From a virus: a stretch of DNA of 64,000 nucleotides. The stretch is from IMG/VR virus record IMGVR_UViG_3300030090_007212, positions 32,001-96,000 of that record. One strand, given 5' to 3'. The position numbers and the translations under genes were made by a program. Shown here one piece after another: positions 59,861 to 64,000 of this stretch. A model generated the notes under the pieces. It worked only from the letters and a program-made list of their open reading frames with translations, was not told the origin of the DNA and ran no database searches. Each line of letters starts with the position of its first letter. The first letter of the stretch is position 1.

Positions 59861-61453
59861 TTACCAATTTCTAGTATTATCTATTACCTCAATGTTAACC
59901 TCTTCTACTTTTTGATTTTTGATACATTCTGCCTTTGCGTTTTCGATTGCACTTTTCCAATTTTCCCCCTGCTCTCCAGACAGACTCATCATACCATCAA
60001 AAACCTTTTCAGAATCTCTTTTATAACCAGTAATTTGTTCGTCACTGAGACCGGGCGTATTAATTATAATCTGTTGAATTTCTGCTGTCTCTTCCTCAAT
60101 TACCCCCATACTCATTGCTGATAGTATTTGAGAATCAGTTTTATCATTAATATTTTTGCAGTTAATTATGGGATGTTGACCACTAGCAATCTTCTCAAAA
60201 TTACTTATTGTTTTCTTAATTACGTTAGATTTTGCAGTCGCTAAATTATACTTATTATCTGTTGCCCTTTCTAAAGCATCATTAAGACCTTTCATTGCTT
60301 CTTCGGCTACCTCCTTAGCATCGGGCATAAATTTGGCGAAAATATTTGCCCATTCATCAAACACTGCTCTGACAGGATTTTGCCCTTTTCTGGCTGCATC
60401 AATTCCGATGTATGCTGAATACAAACCTGCCGGAATTACTACAATTCTCATAATATAAAAGGGAAGTAGACCTGCATAATCACTATAAGGATATTTTAAA
60501 TAAGCTTTAAAAGGCCCTGTAATAGCACTTTTTGTACCACTCCAGATTTTTTGCAGTCTGGTTTTTTCTTCGATATCTGGCATATCATCTATTTTTTCTT
60601 TTATTTTATCAACATTTACACCTGTACCCTCTATAGGTCCTTTAGGATTATTCTGTATATTGATGTTCTCAACATGTGCACCCTCTTGAATAATAAAAAC
60701 ATTACTCCCCTCACTCTGCACTTTATTGGCTTCATTAGCAATAGCTGTCATATTTTCCTCTGTGGCTACTACAGTTTTACCATCTAATTCATCTAAAGAT
60801 TTACCTTTGGGGTCAACTACCTCATCTACTTTAGGTTTAGTAGGTTCAACCTCCCTCTTCTTAGGATCTACATTTTCAAATTCACCTTTTTCATTTTTCT
60901 TGTATTGATCAACTTTACCAGTTCCATCAGTTTTAGTTATTAATATTTCATCACCTACTTTTTCCACTTCTATTTTGGTAGGATTCATTTCTATTACTTT
61001 TGACCCACCTAAAGCTTCACTGTATAATTCTACTACAGTTTCTCTCATTCCACCTTCGGTGGGTACATCTTTAAGGGCCGCTATAAAAGCATCTTTATCC
61101 ACATTTTTTAACTGACCAGTATTTGCCATATAATCTAAACTTTTAATAAAACTATTTACCTTCACTAAATCTACAGCTGCCGGTACAAGTTGTTTCCAAA
61201 CATTAGGAAATTCATCAATATGTTTACTTAAATCGTCAAAAGTACCTATTTTAAAATTTAAATAATCAGTAAGAATTTTAGGATCAATAGTTTTTAGCCC
61301 AGCAGTAAATGCTCTCTTTAATGATTGAAATGGCCTTCTCTGTTCGTGTAACATAGAGGTATTTTTTACTAGATTACCATATAATCTCTCTTCTGAAAAT
61401 AGGGATTTCATTCTTGAAATCTCTTCATTTAATGTTTTTATTTTATTTTTCAT
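59861..61453 (-). CDS. Probable head-packaged protein with leader motif and hydrophobic segment
   Basis: LNEEISRMKSL..LHEQ leader; YAGLLPFYIMRIVVIPAGLYSAYIG. Confidence 0.6.
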   Translation of the reverse strand: MKNKIKTLNEEISRMKSLFSEERLYGNLVKNTSMLHEQRRPFQSLKRAFTAGLKTIDPKILTDYLNFKIGTFDDLSKHIDEFPNVWKQLVPAAVDLVKVNSFIKSLDYMANTGQLKNVDKDAFIAALKDVPTEGGMRETVVELYSEALGGSKVIEMNPTKIEVEKVGDEILITKTDGTGKVDQYKKNEKGEFENVDPKKREVEPTKPKVDEVVDPKGKSLDELDGKTVVATEENMTAIANEANKVQSEGSNVFIIQEGAHVENINIQNNPKGPIEGTGVNVDKIKEKIDDMPDIEEKTRLQKIWSGTKSAITGPFKAYLKYPYSDYAGLLPFYIMRIVVIPAGLYSAYIGIDAARKGQNPVRAVFDEWANIFAKFMPDAKEVAEEAMKGLNDALERATDNKYNLATAKSNVIKKTISNFEKIASGQHPIINCKNINDKTDSQILSAMSMGVIEEETAEIQQIIINTPGLSDEQITGYKRDSEKVFDGMMSLSGEQGENWKSAIENAKAECIKNQKVEEVNIEVIDNTRNW

Positions 61454-61462
61454 CTTTTTTTT

Positions 61463-62104
61463 TTAATATCCTAAATCTGCTTTAGTTAACACGTGGTTAG
61501 TATTTCTTAACTCAGAAATTTTAACTAAAGGGTTACCTGAATTATCTAAAATCATAAAATCATCTCCTAATGTTTTAGTATCTATTCTTTTAGGGTTGTC
61601 GGTAGAATATACACCAGAATAAGTGAGATTTTTATAATTCAATATTATATTTGAGGGGTCACTATCATCACATTCAAATTTACCATCATATTGGACTTGA
61701 GCAAATTCTTTAGTACCATTTACTGCTTTTTGTAAAACACTTAAGGTATCAATATAAGTCATTCTCCCATTATCCCAAAAAGTGTAATTCATATCAGGAT
61801 AATTTCTTCCCTTATGTGTAATGTTACCAACAGAATGCATTAAATAACAATTTCCTACACCAGAATGTTTTTTAATAGTTATATTATTACTATCAATACC
61901 CTGTTGTGTCATCCATTTCTTAACGCATTGTAAAAAAGGTTTATTTTCACATCCTGCACTCGATGTTCTTTGTTCACTTTTATTATAAACTACATAACCC
62001 GCCTTCTCTAATTGTTTCTCACAATCCGCATGAGATTGTTCATTTAGACCCATTAAATGTCTTATCTGATTTATTTCGGTTATAATATTTTTTTTATTCT
62101 TCAT
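61463..62104 (-). CDS. Probable head-packaged protein
   Basis: ITEINQIRHLMGLNEQ leader. Confidence 0.6.
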   Translation of the reverse strand: MKNKKNIITEINQIRHLMGLNEQSHADCEKQLEKAGYVVYNKSEQRTSSAGCENKPFLQCVKKWMTQQGIDSNNITIKKHSGVGNCYLMHSVGNITHKGRNYPDMNYTFWDNGRMTYIDTLSVLQKAVNGTKEFAQVQYDGKFECDDSDPSNIILNYKNLTYSGVYSTDNPKRIDTKTLGDDFMILDNSGNPLVKISELRNTNHVLTKADLGY

Positions 62105-62255
62105 CTTTTTCTATAATGTTTAAAATCCTTTCAAATTCCTTAATATCCTCATTAATAAATATATCTTGTTCTGAATTAAAACCATATTCTATAATATAAT
62201 TCTTATATTTATCCAGTTTTTCTTTTATTTCAATTAGAGTTATGTTATTTTCCAT
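62094..62255 (-). CDS. Unannotated 53-aa micro-protein
   Basis: MENNITLIEIKEKLDKYKNYIIEYGFNSEQDIFINEDIKEFERILNIIEKDEE*; fills the gap and overlaps the next start. Confidence 0.6.
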   Translation of the reverse strand: MENNITLIEIKEKLDKYKNYIIEYGFNSEQDIFINEDIKEFERILNIIEKDEE

Positions 62256-62259
62256 TATG

Positions 62260-63999
62260 TTAAGGTACTTTATATTTTTCCAAAAAATTATCTATACCCT
62301 CTTCACCTGGTGGATTAGGAGCATTCATTACTTCTACATCAATATTGTCAGGAATATAAACTACTCTTTTACCATCTTCTTTTTCATCAGTGGATTTTTC
62401 ATCACTTTTATGTTTATAAATCGTATCTTTTTTATAATCAGATTTTAGCTCATATCTTTTTTTATAGGTGTCTGTTTGAAATTCTGCAGGTACTTTATTA
62501 AAATCATTCATTGTAGGTTGTTGTTTATTTTGTATGAACTTTTTATCATAAGGTCTCCACCCACTTTTCCACGCTTTAGTTAATAAAATATTATCATCAC
62601 GAGACTTTTCCATAGTAAAATTAGGGTCAGTATTTAAAATAGAACCAAAAATTTGTTTAGTTTGGTTCCAATCGTAACCCTCAACCTCAACGCGATTTTT
62701 AATAGAAGGATGTAATTTATATTTACCTTCTCTATATATTAAACCCACCCATTCTTGAACTTCAGGTAATTGTAAAATTTCTTGTACCCCCACAAATGCA
62801 CCTATTTGAATTAAAAATTCCTTATATAATGGTCTCTTTAGATATTTATTGAGTGTAACTAATACATCACCATTGTTTGCCTTTAATGCGTCTTGCCAAT
62901 CCTTATTTTTAAATATTTCTTGTAAAGAAAATGAATGTTTTTTCCTAACTGTGTTTTCTGCTTTTTCTAAATATTTAGTATAAGTTTTTAATAAATCCGG
63001 TTCAATCTTATTAAAAGTTTTTATTAAATCATGAGCCATTAAAATTTCACTATCTGTCATTTTAAATTTATTGGCTGCATCAGCATAAATTTTTGTCAAT
63101 TTATTTTTATCTTTTATACTTTTTAGGTTTTTAACCGCCCCAAATTCTTTCTTTGTTTTATCTACTACTTCCCCCATATACTTATAAATCTTAGGATTGG
63201 CACTTGCTTTTCTAATATTATTCATACTTTTCATACCACCACCAGCCATACCCCCACCTAATGTTAATATACCAGCAAATATTGCAGCAGTGCGTTCTGC
63301 ACCTGTTTCTGCATTAAAAGCTTCTACACCATAAGCAGTGGCATTAATTGCATCTAACCCAAAACTTATTGCGACCCCATAGACAGGGATTGCTAATGCC
63401 GCAATAGATAATAAATCTAATACACAATGATAATCTTCCGTACATTTACCTAAATAATCTACCACTCCCTCAAAAAATCCTGGGGCATTTTCTTTTTTAT
63501 AGTCTTTAAATTGTTTTGTCCACCCTAATAAATCTTGTTTACTAAAATTTCCATGTTGGGTTAAATATCCATCGTTATGACTTGTTTCGTTTATGCACCC
63601 ACACATATGTCCTGCCTGTGTATTATAAACAAATACTCCCTTTTCTGTTGGATTCCCACAAAATGTCCAAGGACTTTCACTTATATCTTGATAATATACG
63701 TGATACCAACCCCTGGATGTATATCTATTATCTTTAGGTTTCCCATAATATACTTTGTTTTGGGGTCCGGGGGAACCAATTTTTGCTTGTTGTTGACGTG
63801 CTCGTTTTGCCCCCTCATTATCACTACCATAATACTGTATTATCCATTGTTTATCAGAAGTTTTCGTACAATATTGAGATATAAGGTTTTTTTGATCTCT
63901 AATAGTTCGATTCCAGTCTTGCGCCATTATATAATTCTTCCACAATTCCTGTTGATTCATATTATAATCAGATTGTGACAGTTGTTTATAATAGTTATT
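62260..63999 (-). CDS. Large protein (5' end beyond window) with pre-toxin-like hydrophobic domain
   Basis: Frame stays open from 63960 to the window edge (NNYYKQLSQSDYN-M); HCVLDLLSIAALAIPVYGVAISFGLDAINATAYGVE. Confidence 0.65.
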   Translation of the reverse strand, partial: NNYYKQLSQSDYNMNQQELWKNYIMAQDWNRTIRDQKNLISQYCTKTSDKQWIIQYYGSDNEGAKRARQQQAKIGSPGPQNKVYYGKPKDNRYTSRGWYHVYYQDISESPWTFCGNPTEKGVFVYNTQAGHMCGCINETSHNDGYLTQHGNFSKQDLLGWTKQFKDYKKENAPGFFEGVVDYLGKCTEDYHCVLDLLSIAALAIPVYGVAISFGLDAINATAYGVEAFNAETGAERTAAIFAGILTLGGGMAGGGMKSMNNIRKASANPKIYKYMGEVVDKTKKEFGAVKNLKSIKDKNKLTKIYADAANKFKMTDSEILMAHDLIKTFNKIEPDLLKTYTKYLEKAENTVRKKHSFSLQEIFKNKDWQDALKANNGDVLVTLNKYLKRPLYKEFLIQIGAFVGVQEILQLPEVQEWVGLIYREGKYKLHPSIKNRVEVEGYDWNQTKQIFGSILNTDPNFTMEKSRDDNILLTKAWKSGWRPYDKKFIQNKQQPTMNDFNKVPAEFQTDTYKKRYELKSDYKKDTIYKHKSDEKSTDEKEDGKRVVYIPDNIDVEVMNAPNPPGEEGIDNFLEKYKVP

Positions 64000-64000
64000 T

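Noticed and set aside
1291-63978. Many short plus-strand ORFs in the track (e.g. 1291, 2446, 10686, 24005, 37667, 45435, 50611, 63577) and small nested minus-strand ORFs
   Set aside because: They are antisense or alternate-frame shadows of long motif-bearing genes, with S/L/F/I-rich composition and no promoters.
1-64000. Alternative genetic code (TAG/TGA reassignment) as in Lak or some crAss-like phages
   Set aside because: Genes are intact in code 11 (up to 3012 aa), and TAG (7563, 8371, 30264, 47145) and TGA (35368) act as real stops.
1-64000. CRISPR array, tRNAs, DGR repeat pair, introns, inteins, homing endonucleases
   Set aside because: No spaced repeats, cloverleafs, reverse transcriptase or splicing motifs seen; NrdJ, DnaB and RecA have normal lengths. 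Judged by eye only.

Overview
This very AT-rich window comes from a large (jumbo-type) contractile-tailed myophage genome, standard genetic code, with almost all genes on the minus strand. A Bacteroidota host is inferred from TTG-N19/20-TAnnTTT(G/A) promoters, a short Bacteroidota-type RpoD, a Q-rule signal peptide, DUF6576-like and T9SS-cargo-like domains, and the lack of obvious Shine-Dalgarno motifs. Left to right it holds: a truncated sigma70; an SbcC/SbcD pair split by an alveolin-like repeat gene; a PD-(D/E)XK exonuclease; an inverted cassette of three acidic genes; a Cys-less QueF homologue; primase and RuvC; ~28 kb of baseplate/fibre genes, including cysteine-rich 3012-aa and 1699-aa proteins; a replication block (NrdJ, DnaB, 5'-3' exonuclease, RecA/UvsX, gp32-type SSB); baseplate hub, tube initiator, tape measure and chaperone genes; and probable head-packaged proteins. 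The best leads are: (i) a shared (L/I)xE-E(I/L)xR-type peptide on unrelated late proteins and two unannotated micro-ORFs, a candidate capsid-targeting/maturation system whose cargo includes membrane-inserting and pre-toxin-like proteins; (ii) the catalytically altered QueF; (iii) a two-class promoter system with a sense-strand ATATTTAT late motif; (iv) a hub with a dead GH19 lysozyme plus an OmpA-type domain in the tube initiator; (v) Cys-rich, membrane-anchored structural proteins. All family calls come from motif recognition by eye; no database search was run.
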